Below, in pieces: positions 50,606-62,342 of a stretch of 64,000 nucleotides of DNA. Numbering within the stretch: the stretch's first letter is position 1; the number at the start of each line of letters is the position of its first letter. The stretch spans positions 36,394,001-36,458,000 of the forward strand of contig JANJGN010000026.1 in assembly GCA_026770705.1 (NCBI GenBank), written 5' to 3'. The DNA comes from Isurus oxyrinchus (taxonomy: Eukaryota). The notes below the pieces were generated by a model. It saw only the letters and a list, made by a program, of their open reading frames with translations. It was not told where the DNA came from and did no database searches. The position numbers were made by a program, and so were the translations under genes.

Positions 50606-50997
50606 TTAAAGACCCGCGGGAACCGTCCGTGTCTGTCCTCCTGCCCTCGGCAGAACATGTCTCCGCTCAGGGATTCGTCTCCCTCAGCTGCTTAGTGACA
50701 GGTTTCTCCCCGCGAGAGATTTTCGTCAAGTGGACTGTCAATGACAAGCCGGTGAATCCCGGAAACTACAAGAACACCGAGGTAGTGGCGGAGAACGGCA
50801 ATCGCTCCTTCTTCATGTACAGCCTGTTATCCATTGCAGCGGAGGAGTGGGCCAGCGGCGCTTCTTACTCCTGTGTGGTGGGACATGAAGCGATCCCCTT
50901 GAAGATCATCAACAGAACTGTTGATAAATCCAGCGGTAAACCGAGTTTTGTGAACATTTCCCTTGCACTGATGGACACCGTTAATTCATGTCAATGA
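50606..50997 (+). CDS. IGHM: IgM constant exon Cmu4 plus secretory tailpiece; internal donor for the membrane form after 50935
   Basis: [33 protein letters not shown]|[20 protein letters not shown]; penultimate Cys, NIS sequon; G|GTAAAC at 50935/50936. Confidence 0.98.
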
Positions 50998-51024
50998 GAA
51001 TCTCTCGGTTACATTTCAAACTTC

Positions 51025-51040
51025 AATAAAAAATAATAAA
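51025..51040 (+). terminator. Secretory-form polyadenylation signals
   Basis: AATAAA at 51025 and 51035, followed by a GT/T-rich tract. Confidence 0.85.
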
Positions 51041-51439
51041 GTCCTTTTCTCCAATCGTGATTTAAATACACAGTCGTTTAAGTAATGTTGTTTTCCAATT
51101 TTGCTAATTTTAGACGTGTTTTGTTAAAATCGGATACTCACAGGGCTCAGACCCAAGTCTTGTACATCCAGTGCTCCCAGCTCAGATACACCCTGGGTTA
51201 GAGACAGAGTAAAGCTCATTCATTACAGGATTCTGCAAAATAGCTTCACCAGCTCTCCTCCAGCTGAGGAGAAATCTGACAATTTCTCATTTCCAATAAA
51301 CAAACACAGCACATTTAGATCTCGGTGTTCCTGCTTCTCTTGTCTTCCATCCCTTTAAAGTGGATGTCAGCTTTAAGCTTCTGCACCACACCCACGGGGA
51401 ACTGAAGTGAGGGTCACGCAGAAATATGTCCCAACAATC

Positions 51440-51960
51440 CCCCATCAGAGAGAGGGGGAAGGGAAATTGTTACCCCATTGCACCTCCACCTCCCCAACAG
51501 AGAGAGGGGGAGCGGAAATTGCTAACCCACTGTACCCCGACTTCTCCAACAGAGAAAGGGGAGGGGAAATTGTTAACCCAATGTACCCCCACTTCCCCAG
51601 AGAGAGTGGAAGGGGACATTGTTAAACCACTGCACCTTCACTTCCACAACAGCAGGTGGTGGTGGGGGGGAATTGTTTAACCACTGTACCCCCACTTTCC
51701 CAACAGAGAGAGGGGAAGGCAAACTGGTAAACCACTGTACCTCCACTTACCTGAGATAGAAAACTGAAAGGAAAATTTTAAGCCAATTTTATCTCCACTT
51801 GCTAAACAAAAAGACAAGGAAGGCCATTGGTTAACCCGGTGTGTTTCCACCTTCTCAGCAGAGAGAACCGAAAGGGAAATTGCTTAGACAACCAGACAGA
51901 GCAAAACTATTAACTCACTGGACCCTCAGTCCCCTAGTAGAGAATCTGGAAGGGAATGGG
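51440..51960. repeat. ~52-bp tandem repeat, ~10 progressively decayed copies
   Basis: ACAGAGAGAGGGGRAGGGAAATTGTTAACCCACTGTACCCCCACTTCCCCA-like units. Confidence 0.88.
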
Positions 51961-52359
51961 TCTCTACTATAAGGACTCAGTTAACAACAGTCGAAGTCAG
52001 CTTCTAGCTTACTGGCCACAGATTTTAAACTCCCATCATGCTTAGGATGTTGTAAAAACGTCTACTTGTGCAACATAACTTGAAGATGTTTTAACACTCT
52101 TGCCCTGTTAAGCTTATGCTAAGATTGATTTCCCATCATCCAAATCTAAACTGGTGACTGAATCCTCCCTGGGTTGTTCAAGGTTCTGTCCCTGAATTTT
52201 TATGAGGCACATGGTTGATTCTTTGCATTCGTTCATCTGATATCACCTTGCATCTCACAGAAAACATGTTTATACACAGAACTTTGAAAATATTCACCGG
52301 ATTTTTCACCGTCAAGGTCAGACTCGATCATTGGTATCTGGTGAACTTTGAAAAAATAG

Positions 52360-53470
52360 TAAAAATACACACAGCTGACACAAATTGACAAACAAAAAAC
52401 ACGTCTACACACACACATAGGCACAGACACACTGACACAAACGCACACAGGTACAAGCAGACACATGTACACCAACACATGTGGAACCACACAAAGACAG
52501 ACAGACACACATAGACAAATATACACACACGTGCACACACACGCAGACACACACGCACACAATCACAAACACATGGACACAGATGCACAAACATACACAG
52601 ACACACACGTACACACATAAACAAATACACACGCACAATCACACACATTCATAAACACACACACAATCACACACATACAGAAATACACACACTGACACAC
52701 TCGCTCACACACATATACACAATCACAAACACACACAAACAGATAAAACCAGACAAGCAGACTCATACAAGGATACAAAGCACAAATGTAACTTTTAGCA
52801 TATGCATTATCACACGTTCACAATGAAAGAAATACAGACAGAAAGACACACACGATCGTACACATTAAAACAATGCATGGACATACATTAACACATGCAC
52901 ACACATGAGCAGACAACACCCAGATACAAAAACACAGAGAAACCGACTAACACATTCACAGACACCCATGTGGACACAAACATGAACATACTCATACACA
53001 CTAGAACACAAAAAACACATGTTGGTACATATGAAAACATAAACACGCATTGATACATAGTTCTAAATATCGATCAACACACAAATGCACACATTAAAAA
53101 CCCTATTTCTCTCTCGCTGTGTCATACACACAGACGCTGTGACACAGACATTAATATGCTGACACACAGTGGAACACATTAACACTCATATTAGCAGGCA
53201 GGAACTCGTAAACACACATTAACTCAGATAGTAATAAGTCAACATAGACAACAATACACAAACACGCACAATAACACACTCATACATACACATCAGCAGA
53301 AAAACCAAATATACATACAGACGCAGACACAAAAATACACAAATCAGCACTCATTAGCACATGAACACACATATTAACACACATGCACACCTATGGACAC
53401 ACAAACAACCAGTAATGCAAAGTGCGAGATACTCATGCAGATACACACAAAAGCTAAAGCACAACACAGA
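52360..53470. repeat. Long degenerate (CA)-rich tract
   Basis: Direct reading. Confidence 0.9.
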
Positions 53471-54006
53471 GGCCAGGCTATTGAAGAAAGTATAATTCAA
53501 ATGTACTTTTCTAACGGGCATATCCTCCAGCAATTGTCTCTATTACATAATAACCCGATAAACACACTGAAACAATGCTCTTACTGAGAAACTGATTTAA
53601 ATTAATGATGCACCAAATATTCCCATCACAAATAGACAAACAAGATGGGAACTCATATCCGAGATTTTAAAAAGCAACGTCCACAGTTTCCAAATAAGTA
53701 GCTCAGTGAATCTCTCCCGATACCCATCATAATATTCTCCAATAATAGATCATACAAAATTGTTCGAAAATAACCTGATACTGGAGAAAATTTGCCATAT
53801 TTTCTGACATGGACTGTACAAAGATTGTAAAGGGAGAACAGCTGTGGAGATAGTTACAGAGATGGGTTACTGAGTGTCACTTAATAGTACATATACATTG
53901 AACATTCAATACATTAATAACTTATGAAAGAGTAAAGGAAATATTTTTCAAATGATATCCTAGATTAATAAACAATCTAATTATATTTCCTCATATATCC
54001 CCGTAG

Positions 54007-54134
54007 ATTCCACAGACCGCATTTGGATTGAAGACTCTGAGGATGATAACGGCAACATCTGGACAACCGCTTCCACATTCATCATCCTGTTCTTCCTGAG
54101 CATTTTCTACAGCACTGCCGTCACTCTGGCAAAG
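54007..54134 (+). CDS. IGHM: IgM transmembrane exon TM1
   Basis: (D)[46 protein letters not shown] motif; CCGTAG acceptor, AAG|GTGAGA donor. Confidence 0.97.
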
Positions 54135-54272
54135 GTGAGAAGATTCAATCCACTCACACTTCAAACTGACAGAAGTGGTTTGAAATATCTCTCAATGTTT
54201 CATTGATTAGAACTCTAACATAATAATCCCAGATTATAAACATCTGCTTCATTATTTCATCCTCTTTTACAG

Positions 54273-54281
54273 ATCAAGTGA
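54273..54281 (+). CDS. IGHM: IgM TM2 exon coding part (IK*)
   Basis: TTTTACAG|ATC AAG TGA, giving cytoplasmic tail K-I-K. Confidence 0.93.
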   Translation: MK

Positions 54282-54374
54282 CCGGTTGAATTTTGGACAC
54301 CGTAGATTTTCCTCAGCTCTTTATTGAGATCTCTGTATTCTGAATTTAAAATATATCCTCTCGGTGACTGTAAA

Positions 54375-54380
54375 AATAAA
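54375..54380 (+). terminator. Candidate membrane-form polyA signal (alternative at 54692)
   Basis: AATAAA. Confidence 0.55.
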
Positions 54381-54854
54381 ATACCTTCAGTTTATGTTTC
54401 CCAATTTGTAACTGAGACAATCATGAACAGTATTTCCGTTTCTCTGTTTCAAATGTGCGAGATAATTGTGAATCATTGTAACAGCAGCTTATAATTTCCC
54501 ACTAGTTTGAATTCCCTGTGTAAATAAGTAACTTTTCTCATTCCTCATTCCCAATTAATCCCTTCCCTTTATATTGAGCTCCTGTTTTCTCTTTCTGGTG
54601 TCTGTTACAGTTGTACACACAGTTGGCAGCTCAGAGTGAATGTGCTCTGTTCTCAATGTGACCCTCAGTCATTATATTCAGTTAACTTTAAAATAAACTT
54701 TTCTGTAAAATGTTCCCTGAAATTGTTAATAAATCATGAATGTGAAACGAACTGACTTTGCTGAACTCCTTTCTCTCAGACCCATCGACATCGCTCCATT
54801 TTCCCTATTACACTGCTTCCCCCCCTTCTCCCAAGCAGGCATTTTTAACCAGTC

Positions 54855-54970
54855 TTGTCTGGGATCTGAAACAAAAACAGAAAATGTTGGAAAAACTCAG
54901 CAGGTCTCAGCATGTGTGGAGACAGAAAACGGAGTTAACGTTTCGAGTCCTCATGACTTCTTCAGAGCTC
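54855..54970 (-). mobile_element. Penelope 3'-tail fragment with hammerhead core
   Basis: Minus strand CTGAAGA-AGTC-ATGAG-GACT-C-GAAACGTTA. Confidence 0.75.
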
Positions 54971-55284
54971 AAGATCCTTCAGTGAAAGAGTCACCGCGCC
55001 ACCAAGCGACCCATCGGTGTTAATACACCTTTACCTCTGCCTTTTTATGGCAAATTCCAGAGGCAAAATGATTGCACAGCGAGGAGAATCTCGGTGATTT
55101 CACTCATACTCAGGCTTGTCACAGTCACATGTCAGGTAATTGTAAACAGCAGGGGTCTGCTTAATCAGAGGTCCATATAGGACAGTATATGGAGGATGAA
55201 AGTTTCCTTTACACTGTCCCATTAATCACTCCCAGCGTCGGTGCAGCAGGGTTTCGATAGAGAGAAAAAGTTTTTTTCCCCTCT

Positions 55285-55735
55285 TTATCCTTTCATGAGA
55301 TATGGTGTCGCTGGCAAGGCTGCTCTGAACAGTCCGCCTTCAGAGGCCATTTCAGAGGGCAGTTAACTGTCAACCGCATTGCTGTGGACCTGGAATCACA
55401 TGTCGGCCAGGCCAGATGAAGATGACAGATTTCCTCCCCGAAAGGACTTGAGTGCAGCAGATGGGTTTTTACGACAATCGGTGATAGTTGTCATGGTCAC
55501 CATCACTGAGGCCAGTTTTCAATTCCAGATTTTATTAATTGAACTCACATTCCAGCAGCTGCCATGTTGGGATTTGAAGCCCAGCCCCCAGAGCATTCGC
55601 CTGGACTCTCTCTACCTTGTCCGATTAAACACTCACAAGGCAGAGTCGTCACAGGCCACCTTCTCAAGTCTATTAGGGATGGGCAAAAAATGCTGGCCCA
55701 GACAGACACGCCCACATCGCATAAACGAATAACAA
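55285..55735. mobile_element. tRNA-derived SINE (minus) followed by a plus-strand tail fragment
   Basis: Similarity to 33655-34025. Confidence 0.78.
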
Positions 55736-55914
55736 AAAATACGTATATACCACACACAGTACAGTTGATACAAACCATTGGATGATTCCTAGAGACTAGG
55801 GCCGATCGAAGAGCAATTCTGCAAATTATTACCACAGTTTGGGGCTTATCAGGGACACCAGGGAGCACAAATCTTGGAAATTCCCAGGCACTGCGGCCTG
55901 CCTGATGCAACAAA

Positions 55915-56282
55915 CAACTGAACTCACTAAGCATCTCCCCAGGGATCCTCTCTTCCTGTTCCATTCCGTCTGATACCATCCTCCTGAATTCACTGAGCAT
56001 CACCCCAGGGGTCCTCTCTCCCTGCTCCATTCCCTCTGATACCATACTCCTGAACATCACCCCAGGGGTCCTCTAACCCTGCTCCATTCCCTCTGACACC
56101 ATCCTCCTGAACATCACTCCAGAGATCCTCTCTTCCTCCTCCATTACCATCCTCCTGAACTCACTGAGCATCACCCCAGAGATTCTCTCTCCCGGCTCCA
56201 TTCCCTCTGATACCATCCTCCTGAACTCATTGAACATCACCCCAGGGATCCTCCCTTCCTGCTCCATTCCCTCTGATACCAG
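55915..56282. repeat. 54-66-bp C-rich tandem repeat, ~6 copies
   Basis: CATCACCCCAGGGRTCCTCTCT..CTGCTCCATTCCCTCTGATACCATCCTCCTGAA units with an optional 12-bp insert. Confidence 0.92.
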
Positions 56283-56405
56283 CTCAAATGGGAAGCTTCA
56301 ACTCTCACTCCACTGATTCTGGCAGAGGCTGTTAAGCGTTTTCAGTTTTAAACCAATAATAAGAACTCTCTGTTTAAGCAGTGTGACATGAGCAAAGAAC
56401 CCTCA

Positions 56406-56477
56406 TTCCCAAACCAGAAATTTAATCCGGGCTGCGGCGTTGAAAGGGCCAAATTCTAACCACATGGCCACCAGGGA
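56406..56477 (-). pseudogene. tRNA-Glu(TTC) pseudogene
   Basis: TCCCTGGTGGCCATGTGGTTAGAATTTGGCCCTTTCAACGCCGCAGCCCGGATTAAATTTCTGGTTTGGGAA; 72 nt colinear with vertebrate tRNA-Glu, T-loop destroyed. Confidence 0.85.
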
Positions 56478-56909
56478 TGTTATCCTTGTGTTTTGATAAA
56501 TGATACTTTTGCCATTTTTTTCATTTCAAGCTGCTTTATCCAGAGACAAAATGACCTATTTAGCCAACTCAACAACCATTGCCATTGGCTGGAACATGAA
56601 ATTGACAGTGTGGTGAAATAGTACCAAAAGCTGTGAATTGCAAATTCAATTTCCAAAACCCACCAATCTAATCACTGCAGCTCCTGTGCAACTTGCAAGG
56701 CAACACACGACAGACATTCATCATCGAAAGTAATTGACCGACATAAAATTCTTCCACTCTCATGTTACATCTTCTAACTCCTAACCTCCACCTCAGTCAT
56801 TTCCAGTTCAATTTAATACCCATTTGGAACTTCAACTCTGCTCCTCATTCCACGGATTTTGGCCGACTTGCTATGCATTTTATATTATAATAAAGCCATG
56901 AATTTGTGC

Positions 56910-57800
56910 TCTAATAAAAACAGGGGTGCTGAAGTTCCCAGCAGGTCTGGCAGCATCTGTGGAGACAGAAACAGGTTGAATGTTTTCAGGCCATATGGCA
57001 CTTCTTCAGACCTGAAAGGAGATAGAAATGTGATGGGATTTATGCTGCTGACGGGGCGGAGGGTTGGGGGGGCGATTAAGAAAATGGAGCAAAAACGTTC
57101 AGGGATAGGTTGGAGGTCAGGAGAGATTAAATGACAAAGATATCATGGAACACAAGTCAAAGGCAAAGGAAATTATATTATTAATTATGAAAGTAGGTAT
57201 TAATATCTAGACAAAGGTCAGCACTGACTGGAAGCAAAATAGCAGAATGTGTTAATTGCGGAAAAAGGGTCGGCGCTGTCTGAAAGCAAACATGAGAACA
57301 AGATGCAGGCTGGCACTTGGGGGGTGGGAGGCTGCAGGGAAATTAAAATGGAGGATGGAGTTGATGGTGTGAATCTGTTGACCTCAATGTTGAGTCCAGA
57401 AGGCTGTAGAGTGCCTATTGAGAAGATGAGGTGCTGTTCCTTCAGTTCGCATTGAGCTTCACTGGAACATTGTAGAAGGCCGAGGACAGAAATGTGAGTG
57501 TGAGCGAGATGGTGACAGGCAGGTCTGGGTTATGCTTGTGGACTGAGTGAAAGTGTTCCACAAAGCGCACAGTCAGTCTGTGTTTACTCTCCCCATTGTA
57601 GAGGAGACCACATTGAGGGCAATGAATGCAACAGCCTGAATTGCATGAAGTGCAAATAAATCTCTGCTTCATCTGGAAGGAGCGTTTGAAACCTTGGAGG
57701 GAGGTGGGAGGAGGTAAAGGGGCAGGTGTTACACCTCCTGCAATTGCATGGGAAGGTGCCATGGGAAGGGGATGAGATGTTGGGGGTGATAGTGTTTTTT
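56910..57800 (-). mobile_element. Decayed Penelope-like element (GIY-YIG region and tail)
   Basis: GTFPCNCRRCNTCPFT, CIHCPQCGLLYNGESK..RFVEH. Confidence 0.88.
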
Positions 57801-57839
57801 GAATCAGAAATTGGTTTCTGGTTGTGATATTTTGCACTA

Positions 57840-57905
57840 CAGCGAGACCGGGAATCAAACCTGGGCGATGAGAACACCAGATCATAACCACTAGGTCACC
57901 AGGGT
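57840..57905 (-). pseudogene. tRNA-Glu(CTC) pseudogene
   Basis: ACCCTGGTGACCTAGTGGTTATGATCTGGTGTTCTCATCGCCCAGGTTTGATTCCCGGTC; internal deletion, acceptor stem broken. Confidence 0.75.
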
Positions 57906-58469
57906 GCTTGTGAATCATCCTGTTTAGAGAATTCAGCTGTCAACCAGAGCATTGGTGGTTTGACACCATCTAGGGCCAGTAGAATCTCTCTATTCCTGCT
58001 TCTAATTATATTACAGACACAGTTCTGCTTTGAGTCCTTTGGTTACAAGGAAATGTTGCCCTAACTTTGCCAGCCCTGCTGTTATCCAGTAGGTTCCCAG
58101 GCAAATAGTTATATGAATTTTTATTTCAAAGAAATGAGATAAATTAGAGCAAACATGTGCATAACATCCAACTCGTTGGGTTCAAAGCATCAAATAGAAA
58201 TTGATATAGAAACAAAAATAGCTGGAAAAGCTCAGCAGGTCTGACAGCATCTGCAGAGAGGAACACAATTGATGTTTCGAGTCTGTATGACTCTTTGAAT
58301 AGACTCTCAAACAGAAATTGATTCTGTGATTGCACATATAGAACTGGAACACACCATCGCACCGAGTGAATCCGTTGTCTGTTTACATGTTGCTCAGTGA
58401 AAATTTCAATCATCCTTGACTTTGTGGCATTCGGGTACTGAATCGGTAAGCAGTCTGTACTCAAAGGGC

Positions 58470-59080
58470 ATGTGAACATACGAATTAGGAGCAGGACTGG
58501 GCCACTCGGCCCTTCAAGCCTGTTCCACCATTTTATAAGATCATGGCTAACCTTTCAGCTCCTTGTTATATCTACCTATCTCTGCCTTAAAAGGATTCAA
58601 AGACTCTGCTTCCACTGCCTTTTGAAGGAGAGAGTTACAAATACTCACGATGCTCTGAGAGAAAAAGAATTCTCTCATCTCTGTCTTAAATGAGCGAACT
58701 CCTATTTTTAAACAGTGACACCTAGTTCCAGATTCTCCCACAAGAGGAAAGATCCTCTTCACACCCACCCTGTCAAAACTCCTCAGGATCTGAAAGATTC
58801 CGATCAAGTCGCCTCTTAGCTTTCTAAACTCCAGCAGATACAGGCCTAGCTTGTCCACCCTTTCCTCATAAGACAGCCCGCAGATCTGTGATATTAGTCC
58901 AGTAAGCCTTCCCTGAACGACTTCTCATGCATTTACATCTTTCCTTAAATAAGGAGGCCAACACTCTCCACAGTACTCCAGATATGGTCACACCGGTGTC
59001 CTGTACAACTGAACTATAACCTCCTTACTTCAATTCCCCTCACAGTGAATGATAACGTTCAATCCTAATTACTTGTTGTG
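58470..59080 (-). mobile_element. CR1-type LINE 3' fragment
   Basis: KLGLYLLEFRKLRGDLI..HCLKI..FFSQ. Confidence 0.9.
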
Positions 59081-59273
59081 TGCCTAAATAGTTCTGCTTT
59101 TTTATCAATTTCTTTCAGACCTCCTGAATAGCTTTGCACATCTGGAAACTATTCTCTCATGTTCCAGCCCTGTTACTCTGACGTGTCTAAATCTCTTCAC
59201 AGCCGATTTACTCCTCTGTATCCTCCTCACAGCTTATCTTTCCACCGTTTACATCAGCTAAGTTTTGTCTACA

Positions 59274-59340
59274 TGCGCCAGCGAGGGTCGAACTCAGCAC
59301 CTGGTTTGGTAAGTCCACTGTTTTAACCACTGGGTTGCCC
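59274..59340 (-). pseudogene. Highly degenerate tRNA-like sequence (isotype unclear)
   Basis: AGTGGTTA D-loop and GAGTTCGACCCTC T-arm at tRNA-like spacing. Confidence 0.4.
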
Positions 59341-59987
59341 CAAGGAGGTAAATGTCCTCTTGCAACTTTTAAAACTACTATTATTCTCTGTACCATTTAC
59401 CATGAAGATACATAACTAAAGTGAGTAAAGTTTACGATGGTAAAAATGCGTTTACACCCCCTCAGGGAACTAAACTACATTGACACATGCAGAGGAACAT
59501 ACACAGACATGGACACCGATAGTGACAGCTGCCTAAGGAAAGAAAGATATCCAGAAAGCAAGGATGTCACCAGATTGGCTCCGTTTTTGTTCCATTTCCA
59601 ACTGCAAATTTGGTGAATGCCTGCGGATGAACGGAAATGAAAAATACCGGGAAGCGTTTGAATTTTTTTTAATAGATAATTAATTCTGTGACTCATTCTT
59701 AAAGCAGGAACAATGAGAAATGTAAACTACTAAAGGTAGTTTGCAGGTTCAATATGTAGGATTTGAAACTGTATCAGGAAACATAAAATGGTTTCAAGCC
59801 CATTACATAAGCAACTCAGCTCCGTCCATTGCTGCCATCTACCTTTTAATGCGACAAAGTGGTTACAGCTGAGAATGAAGACATGTAGCCCCATCTATTC
59901 CTGGCTGCCCTGCAATTTCTGCTGTCTCTCCTCGATCTTTCCTCCAGAATGGAGCACTGCACACCGAACGCGCACAGGAACACACAT

Positions 59988-60365
59988 GTGATTGAGGTGT
60001 ATAAAATTATATGGGGTATAGGTAGGGTAGACAGGAAGGAACTTTTCCCCTTAGTGGAGGGATCAATAACCAGGGGGCATAGATTTAAGATAAGGGGTGT
60101 AAGGTTTAGAGGGGATGCGAGGAAGAATGTTTTCACCCAGAGGGTCGTGGGAATCTGGAACTCACTGTCTGAAAGGGTGGTAGAGGCAGAAACCCTCATA
60201 ACGTTAAAGAAGTATTTGGATGTACACTTGCGATGCCATGGTATAGGAGGCAATGGGCCTAGTGCTGGAAAATGGGTTTAGAATAGTTAGGCACTTGTTT
60301 GATGGGTGCAGACTCGATGGGCCGAAGGGCCTTTTTCTGTGCTATGGGACTCTATGACTCTATAA
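59988..60365 (+). mobile_element. CR1-type LINE 3' end, same subfamily as 372-740
   Basis: Near-identical peptide (RKELFPLVE.SIT.GHRFK..QRVVGIWNSL.ERVVEAETLIT); (CTCTATGA)n tail. Confidence 0.92.
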
Positions 60366-60413
60366 CTGAAGGGTTTGGCAAAATTGATTGAAAATATGAA
60401 CAGTCTGAAGCCC

Positions 60414-60495
60414 TGACAATGGAGGGATTTGAACCCACGCTTCCACAAAAACTGGAACCTAACTCCAGCGTCTTGGACCACTCAGCAACGCAACC
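60414..60495 (-). pseudogene. tRNA-Leu(TAG) probable pseudogene
   Basis: 82 nt GGTTGCGTTGCTGAGTGGTCCAAGACGCTGGAGTTAGGTTCCAG...GCGTGGGTTCAAATCCCTCCATTGTCA; long variable arm; stem mismatches. Confidence 0.85.
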
Positions 60496-62268
60496 ACTAT
60501 AGTGGCAAAAATTGTCCTTGCCAAGACTGAAATTTTCAATCACTCTCCATGTTGTAACATTCAGTAACTGAACGGTCTCCACTGAAAAAACATACAGAAA
60601 GAAACATTCTTCTCTTGCATCTTTCCAACCTGCTTTTTCTTTCTGAGCCTTTTTAATGTGAAGCTACACAACTAATGTGAGTGAAGTTTGCGATGGTAAA
60701 AATGGGTCCATCCCCTCGTGGAACCGAACCGCTTTGATACATTCCTTATCCGAACCACTCGCCGTGCAACATAGAAGCCCCTTTAAAACTGTAACTATTA
60801 TTTTCAGTTTCCTCTCCTCTCCGACCAAAATGAATCACTTCACACTTCCAGACATTAAATTTCAGCTGCCACTTGTCCATCCAAATGGATTTGTTGAAGG
60901 GGCAGAAAGGAGAACCGACTCAAACTGGGAATGAAAGAGTGAGAATGAAAGAAGAGACGTGACGGGTGTTGTCGATCCCAGGGGAAAGAGACTCTGTTCA
61001 TTGTGACAGTTCACACAGCAACAAGGAAACAATATTCCCTGATGAGGGCCAACTGCGAGCGGCAGGAGCGGGAGTGCCGAATAACAGCCTGTTTAGTTAA
61101 AACATAGAAGGCTTCTTCAGCCAATAACAGCATCGAGTGCGCTCGACATGAACATGAAGTGAACAGTGAGGGGAAATAGTGCCACAAGCTGCGGATGTAC
61201 AACGTTCAATTTCCAAATCCACCAACAGAATCAATGCGGCTCCTCTGAAACTTTCAAGGCAAATATTGATCCTTTATCAGATGCCGTTCCCAGAACTATA
61301 CACAGTCCTCCAGGTGTGACCTAACCAGGGCTTTGTATGGCTGCAGCAAACCTTTCCCTCTTTTCTATAACAGTCTCTGTAACAGGTTGTACAACAAGAG
61401 AAATTAGATTGTATAAGTCGACTGAGAAAAACGAGGACATGCTTGATCTGAATCAATCTCTTTGGAAAGTTTGGTATGAAATCAGCTGCATAATACATTT
61501 ATGGTTCAAAAAATATATCGGAATCTAAAGTCCAACTCCTGATGTCATTGGGTCAGGGAAACTTTGTTAATGATCACACAGTGTGCTGGGCACTGCAGAA
61601 ACTCCTGCACCTCTTTAATATTGTTCCATAACTTTCATAAGCTCCATGAAATCTCTGTTTAACCTCCTTTGTTCTAAAAAGAACAATCGCGGCCTCAATA
61701 ATCTCTCCACAAAGCTGAATTTCGTCATCTATAGACATGACACAAGGTGGAAAATTGCAATGAGATTTTAGAAAATATTGCCAGCTGGCAGTTGGGAAGA
61801 TGGAAAAGGAACCAAAGCAGAAAGTCCAGTCTCCAGCTTTGCGAATCTTTCCAAATTCTTTGGGAACCGGGATCAGAGGAGAATGAAGGGTGAACTGTCC
61901 GACTGACCGTTCAAGGTACCGTTCCCTTCTTTAAGGTACTAGAACATTGACTCTGATGTTATTATTGAAATTAACTGATCTGAGACATGGAAAGGATTCT
62001 CCTCACTGCACATCAGCAATTCAAGCCGAATATTGGTTTCGGGACAATCAGAACACTTGGTGACAGACAAGGCACCAAAAGGATCGAAGGGAGACTGTAG
62101 GAGAGCTGGTTCCAAGTGACACAGATGTGTCTGCAGTAGGTGGGATCAGACTGTTTCCATGTATCTAAATCAATGCCTTACATTTTATTTTGGAAAAGTA
62201 AAACTCGTAGAGAACAATGATCATTCTGATAGTGGCAATCTGAAGCTTTAAGTACATATCTTGCGACT

Positions 62269-62342
62269 TTTTCTGTGGTGCAATTGGTCAGCATGTTCGG
62301 CTGTTAACTGGAAGGTTGGTAGTTCGAGACCACCTGGAGACG
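62269..62342 (+). pseudogene. tRNA-Asn(GTT) probable pseudogene
   Basis: 74 nt TTTTCTGTGGTGCAATTGGTCAGCATGTTCGGCTGTTAACTGGAAGGTTGGTAGTTCGAGACCACCTGGAGACG; CpG-type decay, acceptor mismatches. Confidence 0.87.

Noticed and set aside
57949-57960. GCATTGGTGGTT matching a tRNA-Gly 5' end
   Set aside because: Only 12 nt; the rest of the tRNA is absent
61048-61085. CTGATGAG...GAA as a hammerhead ribozyme
   Set aside because: Lacks GAAA and flanking stems
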